DNA of 55,103 nucleotides, counting the filler, from Catajapyx aquilonaris (Eukaryota), in assembly GCA_000934665.2 (NCBI GenBank). It is 3 parts of 3 records of this genome, joined end to end, with 100 filler letters (N's around TTAATTAATTAA, not from the genome) between each part and the next. Parts side by side here need not be neighbours in the genome. Positions count along the whole stretch, not along the records: positions 36,889 to 55,103 come from JYFJ02006744.1; 2 more parts are not named here. One strand, written 5' to 3'. How positions within the stretch are numbered: position 1 is the stretch's first letter; each line of letters starts with the position of its first letter. Shown in pieces: positions 36,889 to 48,827 of the stretch. A model generated the notes under the pieces. It saw only the letters and a list, made by a program, of their open reading frames with translations. It had not been told where the DNA came from and did no database searches. The position numbers and the translations under genes were made by a program.

Positions 36889-38484
36889 GTGATCCATTAA
36901 GTGGTATTTCAATTTTCAGCTTTCATCCGTTCTGCTTTTGTAGCACCAATTGGGTCCTAATGTTCCCATTGGTTGTTTGTCGCCAATTTTGTCGATATTT
37001 TAAAACTAAAATTTTTTTCTCGTTTCTTATTGGGAACATGTTCAGAAAATGCAATAGGAACTGACATTGCGTTAAAAAATGCTTCTCAGGTCTCAGGAGG
37101 ATATACCATAAAGAAATTTTATTAAAGTAAGTGACAATTTGGAAAATGTCTGAAATTGCTTATAATTCTACAAACTTGTGATTTTAATGTGGCAAAAACT
37201 ATTCCCTTAGTATCTTTGATTGCAGAGTCTTAAAAGAATTTGACCAAATAATATTAATCGAATTTTCCATCATCAAATAATGCATGATTGTATGTTTATG
37301 ATGCACATCTTTGTATTCATGCCTTTACAAAAATAGTGTATATTTAAAAAATAATAATCCTAGTGAGATTTGAAAAATTACTCAAGCATATCAAAAATCT
37401 ATAACTTCTCTTTCCAGAGGTGAGCATCACACTGACAGAAAGAGACTGATTGGGAGGGGGAGCTGATTAATCCAAACCCATAACTTCAAGCCTTGGATTG
37501 GATGCATGAATGGGCTTATTGCTATAGACGTGGAGCAGGTGCAAATACTATCATGATGAGAAGCACCTCATTAGAAACAGGCAGGCTGCACATCCCACCT
37601 GAGGTTCTGGCAGCTTTGGAGGCTCCCTAGGACAATGGGTTTTCATGTGAAACTGAAATAGCCAGTACTGGTACCATGCAACATGAGGATGAAGGTGAAG
37701 AAGAAACTGAATGGAGGCCTGTGCCAAGATAATACAGTACAACAATATGCGGGGTTTAAGGACCTACATGATCTGGAATAACCCCATTAATATCTGACTA
37801 AGTACAACAATATGAGCCAGAAATTCAAAACTTGATGAAGCATGGTTCTGGTGACCTGCGCCTTGTCTACATAGATTGGCATATCCTGAGATCTGTCATT
37901 GAGACAATAAGGTCTTCTCTGACAACATCTTACAAAAGATTGCCCAGAACCTGAAGGCCACTCTCCTGCATGTGAATGTAAGTGGCAGTCAATGTGATGG
38001 TTGTTATTAATGAAGTGTAACATGTGTTAAGTAATTTGGGTTCTCTTTAAAGGAATCAACTACATGAGGTGTCAGCCAGGGATGACATTAACTTCACTGC
38101 AAGGGAGACTGGTTGCCGAGCAAGACTTCATTTAAAGACTCGTGCAGCGGATTTTATTGCAGGATGACATGCCTGGAGGATCACAGGCTGCCCACGAGAT
38201 ATGTTCCTTGTGCCCCCAGGTGGGGCACAGAAACAGACTAATATTGGGGGTAAGCTGAGTTATTAACTGATTTTTGTGACCGCATAATATTGAGCCTTGG
38301 TTTGGGTGAAATTATGAAACACCAATTTTCCTGTGTGCAGGCTTACTGATAATGTACCATTTAAACAACTGTAGATAACTTGGTGATGCGTATCCTTGTA
38401 ATTTTTTCCATTTTGAGTACCCCAAAAGTTTAAATCTTTCAAGAAATTTTGAAATTTGAAAAGTTTGATTTTCAATGGCAAATA

Positions 38485-38857
38485 ATAATAATATAATATA
38501 ATAATAATAATAAACCAGGTAGTGCATAACCTCATTGGAGGTATATAGCACGGACCTTTATTATGTCCTGTACATTTATTGGAACCTTTATACGTAACAC
38601 CCGGGCCCACGGGCAGGATGACAGGAGGGGATGTGCAAAGTGCAGTGCAATGTCGTTGGTGTGGTCATTTTGTGAACTCCCCCGGGTGGATTAGTCTCCA
38701 CCCAAAAAATTCCACCCAAGACGAAGCCAGAGATGGCTCAACTCTGCACGAGATGAAGGGGGGAACTCCAGGCTGGAATCGAACCCTGGGCTGGAATCGA
38801 ACCCGGGACCTTAACATCCATGGGTGCATACGTTGCCACAGCGCCACTCCACCTCCC
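38485..38857 (-). mobile_element. tRNA-derived SINE, family A, copy 4 (duplicated B box)
   Basis: Shared body, tandem GGCTGGAATCGAACCC duplication, TA-rich tail, 14-bp TSD TTCAATGGCAAATA at 38471-38484 and 38858-38871. Confidence 0.88.
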
Positions 38858-39475
38858 TTCAATGGCAAATAGTAACAAATATTGTTACTTATAGGATTCA
38901 CCAAAAGTGTGGAGGCAGGCCTTGAAAGGATTAGCAGCACTTCTGGATCACTACACTTGGAAGACAGATGGCATGTAATGATGCTTTGTTAAGCCATATT
39001 TCCGTGTAGTGGGAAACCATAAACGGAAATAAAACTTATCTATCTATCTATCTATCTATCATTGTTAAGCCGTATTGGAATTTTATTAAGCCATGTTGGC
39101 AACATTCATTGTTCCAGGCTGGATTCACTACAAGTCATAAGCGAGATTTTTTGTTGTAATATTTGTTCCTAACTCTTCTCTTCTGTGACACTGCAAGTGG
39201 TGTGTCCTTTCCTATTCAGCAAGGTCCATAACAGCAGAGGTGGTCATCAGTGCACATGTGGGTGTGGGCGGAAGCATGAGTGGGCATGACTTGATTCATG
39301 CACGCTTCCACCTGTGCCCTCTTGTGTGGCCATGTGATGCTGCTTGCTGGGGTACAAGGAAGTTTTTTCCTGCCCTGTACTCCCAAATGTCCCTATGTCT
39401 AGCAAATTGCACATTCACAAACACTGTAAATCAGCCCTCAGTCACTCCCTATACCAGTACATTGCTACCCCCGTG

Positions 39476-39880
39476 AGCTGCCCCACCAAGGGGGGTTCGC
39501 CACAGTCGGTGCTATAGTCAAGTTCCAGTACAGGTGGCGCCTTACTTAGCGGGGCAATTCTGAACCATTAGGGTCGACTCCGATTAGTGGGAGTCTTAAA
39601 GGCCTCGTGTGGAGAGCCATGTTGTGGCCCAAGGAGGTCTTTAAGACTTCAGCCAATCGGAGTCGACCGAAATGGTTCAGAGTTGGCCGCTAGGTAAGGC
39701 GCCACCTATTTAGGCTATTGGGTGGAATTTTTGTCATACTACTAGTTACTTTTAACTTAGCAGTACCATTGCATTACATTGGTACTCCTAAGTTAAAAGT
39801 AACTAGTAGTACGACGAAAATTCCACCCATTGACTCGAGCGCCGACCGTGGCCAACCCCCCTCGGTGGGGGAGATCAGCT
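39476..39880. mobile_element. Composite palindromic element: outer inverted repeat enclosing two independent hairpins
   Basis: Outer arms CCCCACCAAGGGGGGTTCGCCACAGTCGGTGCTATAGTCAA / TTGACTCGAGCGCCGACCGTGGCCAACCCCCCTCGGTGGGG; inner hairpins ~39532-39707 and ~39717-39830. Confidence 0.8.
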
Positions 39881-41513
39881 AAGCTCCCGCGAAAAGAGGG
39901 AGAGTGACTGTGGGCTGCTGTAAATGTTAATAATTGCAGCCATATTTTTGTCTCAAGTTCATGTTGGTATAAAACATTTTGTTTATTCCTTTTGACCAGG
40001 TATTTCACATCTCACTGAAAAGTCAATGTTACTTTTATACCAATCATACTTAACATTCTAACAATTCAAAGGCATTCCACAGTAAAATAAAACTACTGTC
40101 CTGTAGCTTCTTCATTCAACATTAACACATGCATGCACAAAAACACCAAATGCCTCTAAATATTCAACTCATCCCATATCCCAGGCATGATGGACTCATG
40201 CCATGTCACATAAGACCCAAGTCATCCCAGAGGGATATATGATTGCACAATCCCGCCTGCAGTGGAAGACAACCTGTCATTCCTAAAACTTACTCATTTA
40301 ATGTCGTAAGTCATTAACTCTAATTTTACAACATAATGTACTGTACAACAACATACTACACTACCAGCTTTTCTGACTGGCAGGTGGTGGAGATTTTCTT
40401 AGTGACAGATCTAGACAGGCTTTGAGAAAGTATCTCATTTCTTGCAGTATAACCAACAAGGGGGAGGAAAGTGTTCATAGCCATACAGTGATATGACCCA
40501 AGAAATATGTACAAATATTCATTTATGATACCATATTGTTGCAAAACTTGCGATGAGGCATCATGTTGAGTCATCACTCGAAAACGTTTGATGAAACAAA
40601 GATGCAATGCATTCAAAAATTACTTGCAACAATTTTGTTTTACACAGCCATCACGTTGTTGAAGACAAATGGTTGTGACGTAAAAAAGATCAATTCTCAT
40701 ACTTATTCTCTGCCACACTTTTACATCTGCGGCAGGAACAATTCACATAAAGATATCATAGATAAAAGTTACAGACCGTTGTACTAAAACACCTTATTTT
40801 TGCCACTATACAGAAGGTTGCCTTGAGAAAGGAAACAGTCGTGGCAGAAAAAGTTAACAGGTGCCTCATCTTCATTCTGCTGGGGAAAAATTTAAGAATA
40901 CGTAGCAGCTATTAGTCCCCAATAGTACATCTGCATATTTAGAGCACTCTATAAATTGCTGGGCTAATCCACTTGCTACCCACTGCCAGTTATGGGCACC
41001 ACCATCTAACATAAAAGTGATTCCTCTAGTCTAAAAGGGGAAAAAGTCAGTTATTCCTCCTCCCACTGGTGATGTTGGCCATACATCCAGGACAAATTCA
41101 AGATGAAGGATCATGAAAAGACCTCAAAATGCCTTATTTTAAAAACTTGTTATGTTAAACGTTTACAAGGTGTTGACCCCAACTATATTTCTTATGTTTA
41201 AAGTGTGAGGGGAGAGGTGGGGTCTTCCTATTAAATGAATTAGCTCACATCACCCACATGTTCCAAATTAACAGATGTTTCATGTGCTTGCTCTGAGGCA
41301 GTTTACTGGGCCATTGCTCCATCTATAAAATTGTTCCAAAAATTTGGAAGTGGCAGAGAGGATATCCTCTATCAACACTAGTGTTGTCAAAAATTTGCTA
41401 GCAGTGGCACCTGTCAGAATGTCAAAGTATTACAGCAGTCTGAACATGTTAAATGTAGACCAGCAATACAAATTGTACGGTTCAGGCTGAAACTACTACC
41501 CCTTTAAATATCC

Positions 41514-41803
41514 TTATCCAGTCAGGTAGCGCAAATTGCTGTAAGCATGTGAACGACGGAACGAATCATACTGACGAGCATCAGAGAGGTCCACCACTGT
41601 TGACAAAAGAGGGCAATTAGGTTAATGATGTATGAAAGTAGGAAATTACGAACCTTCCACTTCAGCAGAGAACCCCGTGGGCATGTCATTGTGCTCTTGA
41701 CCATCGTCATAAACCGTAATGCGTATTTCACTCCTGGCAAATATTACATGAGGACGATTGCTCCCCTGTAGTAGGTAAATGGGGTAAAGTCAATATTAAG
41801 AAG

Positions 41804-41841
<38 letters not shown>

Positions 41842-44800
41842 TAAAGCCAATACCTGCACTTGAGCAACACGATTTCCACACCACCTGGCCTCGAATCCAT
41901 TGCTTTCTCGCTCAACTTCAATGTAAGCACCATGGCAGTCAACAGTGTAAGGAGCACTCAAGTTGTGGAATGTAGCCAGAAGATACAGCCCAGGCTCAGT
42001 CTGAAAACATGGCATATTATCATTAATACCATAATTAATTTGGTATTAACTGTCAAAATTCACCTTGACTATCCACTCGCAATTGATTTCATCTTCAATT
42101 TTAAGCTGACGGATGTACCGAGGTCGAGCATCTCCAAAGAAAGCATATCTTACTGGGTATGACTGAGCATTAAGAAATCTGCAACAAAAATTTAAACCAT
42201 AGTATAATTATGTACGTATTTTGACAATAAGCAACTTAGAATATAGTCACTTGAGCAATGACCTGGAACGATTAAAATGGGGTAGCGAGTAAATTCTTTA
42301 GATATTCAGTAATGCTTACCTGTGAAAGTGGTAGTCACCCCGTTTCAGACTTTCCACGGGGTCAAATTCTCCACTTTGAGTTGTAACTGGCTGGGGAGGA
42401 TTAGGTGTCATTGCTGGAAATGGCAAGTACTGTGGTACTTGGTCGTAATTTTGCAGTGGGGGCAACTGCTTCTGATTTAATGGGCTGAACACATACTCAG
42501 GGCGATTCAGCAACTGTGATGTTCTAGATGCTGAAGATTCTTCCTGCAAAAAAAAAAAACAACTATTACTCCAGCTGCATAACACACCTGTAGCAAGTTG
42601 ATGTAATATTACACGTACCTGGACCATAGCCAATTGCTGGGGACGCGGTACATCCAACAGCCCTGAGTCATACTTCAGAGCCCCACGAGCAACTGCATGG
42701 GGTTTACGTGCCACTACAGGCTTGATGCTGTCTTCTTCATGCCGTAACATGTCAGTGGGCCTACTGCTGTAAGGTGCAAATTCAGGCGTGTACAAGTCAT
42801 CATCCACAGGGCGTCTTATCCAATAACCTGTTCCGTCACTCCGTAGTGGCCTTCTCGACGATGGCTCCAAGCTGGAGTAGTCCACAGGCTGGAAAATCTT
42901 AGGGCCAGTACTAGACTGGGCAGGATTGACCAAACTCTCAACTATGCGGTAGATACCACCCAGAAGGTCACCGGAGTATACCACTTGTTCAGAAGAACCC
43001 GATTTATGCTCAACTGGTTGAACTTGATGGTGACTGTGGAGATCAGCAGCTACAGGTAGCATTTCTGGTCGACTACTGCTCGCTTCGTTTATGGAAACTG
43101 GAGCCTCGCTGGTTAACTCAGCAGCTTCAGTGTTTGTGCCAATGCTGTTTGTTGCAGCATCAGCAATGGGAGTGTCAGTTGCTGCCGTTTCATCTAGATT
43201 TCTTGTGTTTTCAAGGGAGATTGTTGATTGAGTACTCTCATAACTTGCATCATCTTTAAAAATGACTTCTGGGTCGCTGGTTTCTTCTTCACTTGCAGGA
43301 GGAGTAGTTGCGATAAGACCAGTTCTGCCTCGTACCTCGTAGACGATTGTACTAGGCAATGTGTCAGATACTTCTGTGGTACTAACACTTTCTGTGTCAA
43401 TATCGCTTCTTTCTCGATCGCCTAGGTCGACTGCTGCATCAGTGCGACTTTCTGTGGTAAGGTCTTCATTATTGCTAAGAGTATGTAACTCCATGTCAAG
43501 AAGATCCCTTTCCATGGTGCTGTCATTGTCGATGTTGTTTTCTTGGTGCCTTCTTGAAACTATTTTCTCCTCCGATGCGAAGTATTCTGGCCGTCCTGTT
43601 GTAGACTCTATGTCAGAACTCTCTGTTGTACCGCTGTCCTTTTCATCCTCTTCTTCTTGCCCTACACCAACAAGCTCGCTACGTCCCTCCATAGTCACTG
43701 ATTCTTGTGCGTATTCATCAGGAAGCAACGTCGTCGTTATACCAGAACGCTCTTTTACGTCGCTCGCCACTGGTATGTCATCCTCCGCAGTTAAAGTCAC
43801 AGTCAAGTGTTGATCATATGACCCAGTGGAGCTTTCGTCACTTTTCACTTCAATTTGTTTCGTGTCCTCTTCCGTCTTGGCGTCAGGTTTGACAGTAATT
43901 TCCTCTGCTCTTCCTTCAATTTGAATACTCTCCTCTGTTCTTCCTTCAATATCAACATTTTCTTCTGTTCTTCCATCACTTTCAGTAACTCCTGATTCCC
44001 CTCTCACTTCAATTTCAATGTCATTCTGTTCCGTATTTTCCTGGATTTCAGTAACACTTGGCTCTGTTCTCGACTCTATTACTATATCAGTTTGATCCGT
44101 TTTTGCTTCAATCTCAGCGACATGTTCTTCGGTTTTTGCTTCAATTTCTGGAACAATTTCATCCGTTTTTGACTCAATTTCTGGAACAATTTCATCTGTC
44201 TTTGATTCAATTTCTGGAACAATTTCATCCGTTTTTGCTTCAATGCTTAGCAAAGGTTCCTCCGTTTTTGCTTCAATTTCTGGGAAAATGTCTTCCGTTC
44301 TTTCTTCAGTTCCAAGTGTGCTTGCTTCCTGTTTTTCATCTATTTCTGGAGCAATTTCCTCCGTTTTTGCTTCAATTTCCGGAACACTTTCTTCTGTTCT
44401 TCCTTCAACGTCAACGACACTTTCCACAGAGCTTGCTTCAGTTTTGTCAATTATTTCTGGCCTTTGTATTGAGACAGCTTTCACAAGATCACCTCCACTA
44501 TTTTTAAATCCTATATCTTCCAAATCTTCTTCCCTCTCGTCTTGTTCACTCTTTATAGATTCTGTAGGGTCCACCACTCTATCGGATATGAGCCGTGGGG
44601 TAGTGTCCACCCTATGTGAATCAGTGGTGTCGTCTTGTTCTTGCGAGGCATTCTCTTCGCTTGAATCTGAATATTGGCTAGAATCAACATCGTTATACAG
44701 CACATCCTGCAGAGGAGACGAAGTGACAGGTGCTGCTGGTGTTTCCTCGTAGATTTGGTCAGTCCAGTAAGAGATGAACACTCTCTCGTCCTTCTTTAGT

Positions 44801-44843
44801 TCAAGCTGACTTGGAGATGAACCACAGGAACGTCCCTCACCAC
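41514..44843 (-). CDS. Exons 2-7 of a secreted acidic Glu/Thr/Ser-rich protein with a CUB domain (~982 aa in total)
   Basis: Exons 44843-42619, 42543-42320, 42178-42064, 42000-41854, 41765-41654, 41596-41514, all GT-AG and phase-compatible; CUB motifs NCEWIVK, LLATFHNL, DCHGAYIEV, RWCG, IRITVYDD, TGFSAEV. Confidence 0.88.
43860..44420 (-). repeat. Coding 33-nt tandem repeat (11-aa unit, consensus EIEAKTDEIVP)
   Basis: Near-identical units at ~44130-44240 (PEIESKTDEIV), degenerate units on either side. Confidence 0.85.
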
Positions 44844-47607
44844 CTGCAAGAGGTATGCCACAGAAAAATAATATGTCTTAGAACACCCCTGTCGCACTCT
44901 TCCTACTGGCATGAGGGCAAATCAGCCATGCTTTCTGTGTACAGATCTCACTGAAGCAAAGTTATATTGTGTGGACCTGTGCACAGATCATCATTATTTT
45001 AATAAAATAAAGGTTACATTGCGTGTCCTAAGATTCAGTGTTATGGGCACATTGATTTAGGTGTCTTTACAGTACTCCTGGTGGAATTGTAATCAATTAC
45101 GGTATACAACATAATAAACAAAAACTAGCGCTCATTACGCCATTCGATCTACAATCCTAGACCAACCTGTAAAAGACAGTAACAACATATTTTATCGACT
45201 GGCCGCGATTCTTAAAAAAATTATGACCACTTTTTGCTCGTGTTTTGCATTTTTTTGACAGCTTTTTGGTGCAACCGGTCCTTATAGATAATCCCGTTTC
45301 TGGCCTTCACTCACAAGCGCAAAAGGTCCATTGACTCGACTCAAGGGCTCGTGCAATAATATTACGTCATACACCCAATCACCACAGTGCAGTGCGTGGA
45401 ACAAGGCCATCTAGCAGTACGGTCTTACGCAATAGGGCATTGTCATCTCGTGCTGTGGTGAGAATTCACTCCCCTTGAGAGGGATAAAAAATGTGCAAAA
45501 AGTATGGTCTCATGGAATGAACCATCCAGTTTCCGAGATGGGACGAGGTGAAAAAAAAAAAATTATCCTGCCTTCCACCAGAGGCGGTTCCAGACGTGAC
45601 TGAGCCACACGCTCAAGTTTCTTATACCTTGTAGTTCGTTGGCCCGACATAGCAAAAATCATGAAACACTTAGATTCCAGCGACAAAAATGCAGTAAGAG
45701 TCATTCGCTTTGTAACTTCCAGGTTGTAAAATGCGGTCCTGTGAGGTTCCGGTCCTGGTCCAGAAAAGGTGCAAAATAATGAAGTTGCCAGAATGATACC
45801 AGAAGAACCTGCCTCCGTGTCTATTTTTTCCGAGAACTTGTCTGCCTGACCTGTTCGAGATAGTAAATTACCCTTAGGTATATGCATTTAGCATGTCTGT
45901 ATTATAAATAGCGGGTGTCTTTTTTTATTGCTGCGATGACAAGGCCAATGTGCACAGTGCGCATGAAAAAAGTGTGTAATGGTTAACCACTGATCCTAAC
46001 AACCGGTTTAAGCCCCTGCTCACGTTAATACTTCAAACGTTATTTTGCTTATAACGGAATATGTTTTTTTTCGGAAGTGAAAGATGGTTACTTTCAGTTA
46101 CGAACTCCCAAGGCGCTGCTAAAAGCAAGGGTTTCATGGATATTTTGGTGTTAACCAAGGTGTAACGAGGTATAACGGAAGCTCACTTGCTCGACGTCCA
46201 CAAAACAACTTGTGTGTATACCGGTAGTGTAACATGTGCCTGCTGATTATAAACGCATTCCAAGCACCCATCAGATTAGTGACACGTTTTCTAAATAAGG
46301 GCCTCATGTTTCATGTCACCCGTCAACGAAGGGAAGAAGCAAATATGCAAACTCATTTTCAATAACCCTGACACCAGTTGTTTGTCAACAAATATTACGC
46401 AAAGTCATCACACTGTACTTCTAACTGACCAGTTATAAAAATATTTGCCTGTCAGTTCCGGTTACATCACCTCAGTGGACAGTGGCTCGAATGCTGCGGA
46501 ATATCATGATGATGAAGCAATTTAAATACCACAGATGAGAGCCATGTTACATTCGGGGAGTGACTCTGTTACTCGTGCTACCTTTCAGTATTTGGTGGTC
46601 TCCCAAGCATATCAGCTCTGCTTTAGTTTGATTATGAGCTGTCATATTTGGGTGGACTGAGTCCATTATTTTTTTCTACTGTGTATATTATACCATCCAT
46701 AAACATTATTCTGGGCAAAGATTCCTTTTTCGGAAATGATGGACACACCCTTCTGATTCTGCACCAACATCATTGCAACCTACAGTCGAGTCACAAGGAA
46801 GTGGACCGTGTTACGCGAATAATTTATTCAAGATATATTATTACATCTCACTCATAGCATAGGTATCAAAACAAACAAAAAAATGCCGTGATTATCTCCG
46901 TCTTAGAGGCAATTCTTCAAAATCAGAAATATGTTTTAGCTTTTAAATTCATAGGAAAGTAAGTCCTAGAAAACGGACGCAACTTTTGGAAATGCCCTGC
47001 AGTTTTTAACATTTATCCCATATTCCCATGCATTCAGGGGGTGGAACAGAGGGGGGGGGGGATAATTTGAAAATTGCTCTTGTGGATTGATATATGCCGT
47101 GACTTTTCAAGTTTGGGGCGTTTTCTTTCTTATTTTATTCTTGGACGAAAGCACAAAAACTAGTTCCAGCTTAGGCCTGAGGGAAGGCCGGACCTGGAAT
47201 GCGTTTGGCCAGCACAAGGCGTGGACCACCAATCAATGCCATTGCAGCATCCTGCCCGGGCAAGGGTTATTCAGTTATATGCCCATCATCCTATAGCCAC
47301 AATCATGCAGACAGAAAATAACTCATTATCTGCTACATCACCTGCGATGATGGCATTTGAAGTAAAATCCGCAATCAATATCAGTCAACCGCATCCTGCA
47401 TCTCACATATGTCACAGTAACAATCCCATTGTTATCCACCCATTCATCGGAAATGAATGTGTCCCACTCCCCATCCCATTTCTATTCAATCGGTATGCAC
47501 ATAAGAGGCAGGCAGGTAAGAAACGACGGAAACGGACAAGGTGCAGGCAAGGGAGAGCCCTTGACATCGCAGATTAAATTATAAAGGACCAGGGAAAGAG
47601 CTGCAGT

Positions 47608-47683
47608 CACCCCCGCCAGGAGTCGAACCCGGGACCGTGTCCTGCTCTAGGACATGCTCTGCCGCTGAGCTACGTGGGGCCAC
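47608..47683 (-). mobile_element. tRNA-like SINE head or tRNA pseudogene
   Basis: Minus strand GCCCCACGTAGCTCAGCGGCAGAGCATGTCCTAGAGCAGGACACGGTCCCGGGTTCGACTCCTGGCGGGG: good A and B boxes, but imperfect acceptor stem and anticodon loop. Confidence 0.6.
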
Positions 47684-48295
47684 TATGCCAATTCGAAGGA
47701 AGAGGAAATGGGTGGGGTATATAGGGTTGAAGGCGTCACGGCTTTTGAAATCCAAGCCTTTTTCTGGGGATCCTTTCTTGCAAGAGGGAACAAAAACGTT
47801 TCTCCCTTACCATGACTCTTCCCCTTGCTGCCCGCCTCATCCCCACCCTCCCTAGAAATCCCCTTTGGCAGGTGTCGTGGAGGCCGGTTCTTGCACCTGG
47901 CCTTGGCCTTCCCCAGTCCCTGGCCATGCCAACAACCTGCCGCATTCTTTACTTGCCCTTTTTCACAGACTTCCAGGCGCCGAGTTGACGCCGGCACCTC
48001 ACGCCACAAATTGCCACGATTCATTGCCACTATCGGGGAAACTTGAAGTCACACTCGGCCGGGTTGGCCCGATCGGCCATGTCGGACTGGCAGAATATAA
48101 TTCAGAACGGCACAGTTACCTTTGTCAGAATCGAAGTCAATATTTCGTACGGGACTTGAATCAGACAAGGAATCTTATGGTACCGTAGTCTCTTGAATGC
48201 ATTATGTCACATGGAGGTTTGCCAGTGGCATGCCATGTGCTTGAAAGTTGAATGGTAACAAGTGCAGTGCCATCTGAATAAATCTGTCCTACTAC

Positions 48296-48433
48296 TCTTT
48301 TCCACACTCTAATCCAGGTTACCCGTACGAAAATTCATATTTTTCTTTTCAAAGAAAATTTTTTATGGGCGGAAAATTAGTGGAAAAAGGTTGATTCTCA
48401 TAGCATTAACCTGGATGAGAGTGCAAGGAAAGA
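48296..48433. repeat. Small inverted-repeat element
   Basis: CACTCTAATCCAGGTTA pairs with TAACCTGGATGAGAGTG. Confidence 0.55.
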
Positions 48434-48737
48434 TTATGGCATTCTAGGGTCTAGTCGCATGCAAAGTAATTCATGCAGTATAATCCAGCCAGATTTATCC
48501 TTGTACAGTTTCAGGAAAAATATTTCTTTCAACTTCCTTAGCTTAAAATAGCAGTGTTAACTACGGAAATGGCCAGACTGGCGCAACAAATTATGTCTGT
48601 CAGAACATTCCAAACACATGGGTGCAAATTGACTTGTTAAATGCAATACACCAGCTTCACTTAAAGACATCTGATTATTATGTACAGGTACGGTAAAATT
48701 CACACCAGGAGATATTCTCATTCAGAAATGTTTGCAC

Positions 48738-48771
<34 letters not shown>

Positions 48772-48784
48772 TGGTGGTACTCAC

Positions 48785-48827
48785 GCGGCAGGAGGAGCAG
48801 GAAGAGGATGATGGCAGCTCTCTCCAT
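48785..48827 (-). CDS. Probable first coding exon (signal peptide) of the CUB-domain gene
   Basis: ATG...MERAAIILFLLLLP C|GTGAGT (phase 1) joins the phase-1 acceptor at 44843 to give ...LLLPRGEG-RSCG; an in-frame ATG lies 18 nt upstream. Confidence 0.72.

Noticed and set aside
43361..44752. Plus-strand ORFs of 149-169 aa
   Set aside because: Antisense shadows of the repetitive CUB-gene exon; no splice or motif support.
47608..47683. Functional tRNA gene
   Set aside because: A and B boxes present but acceptor stem and anticodon loop are irregular; better read as a SINE head or pseudogene.
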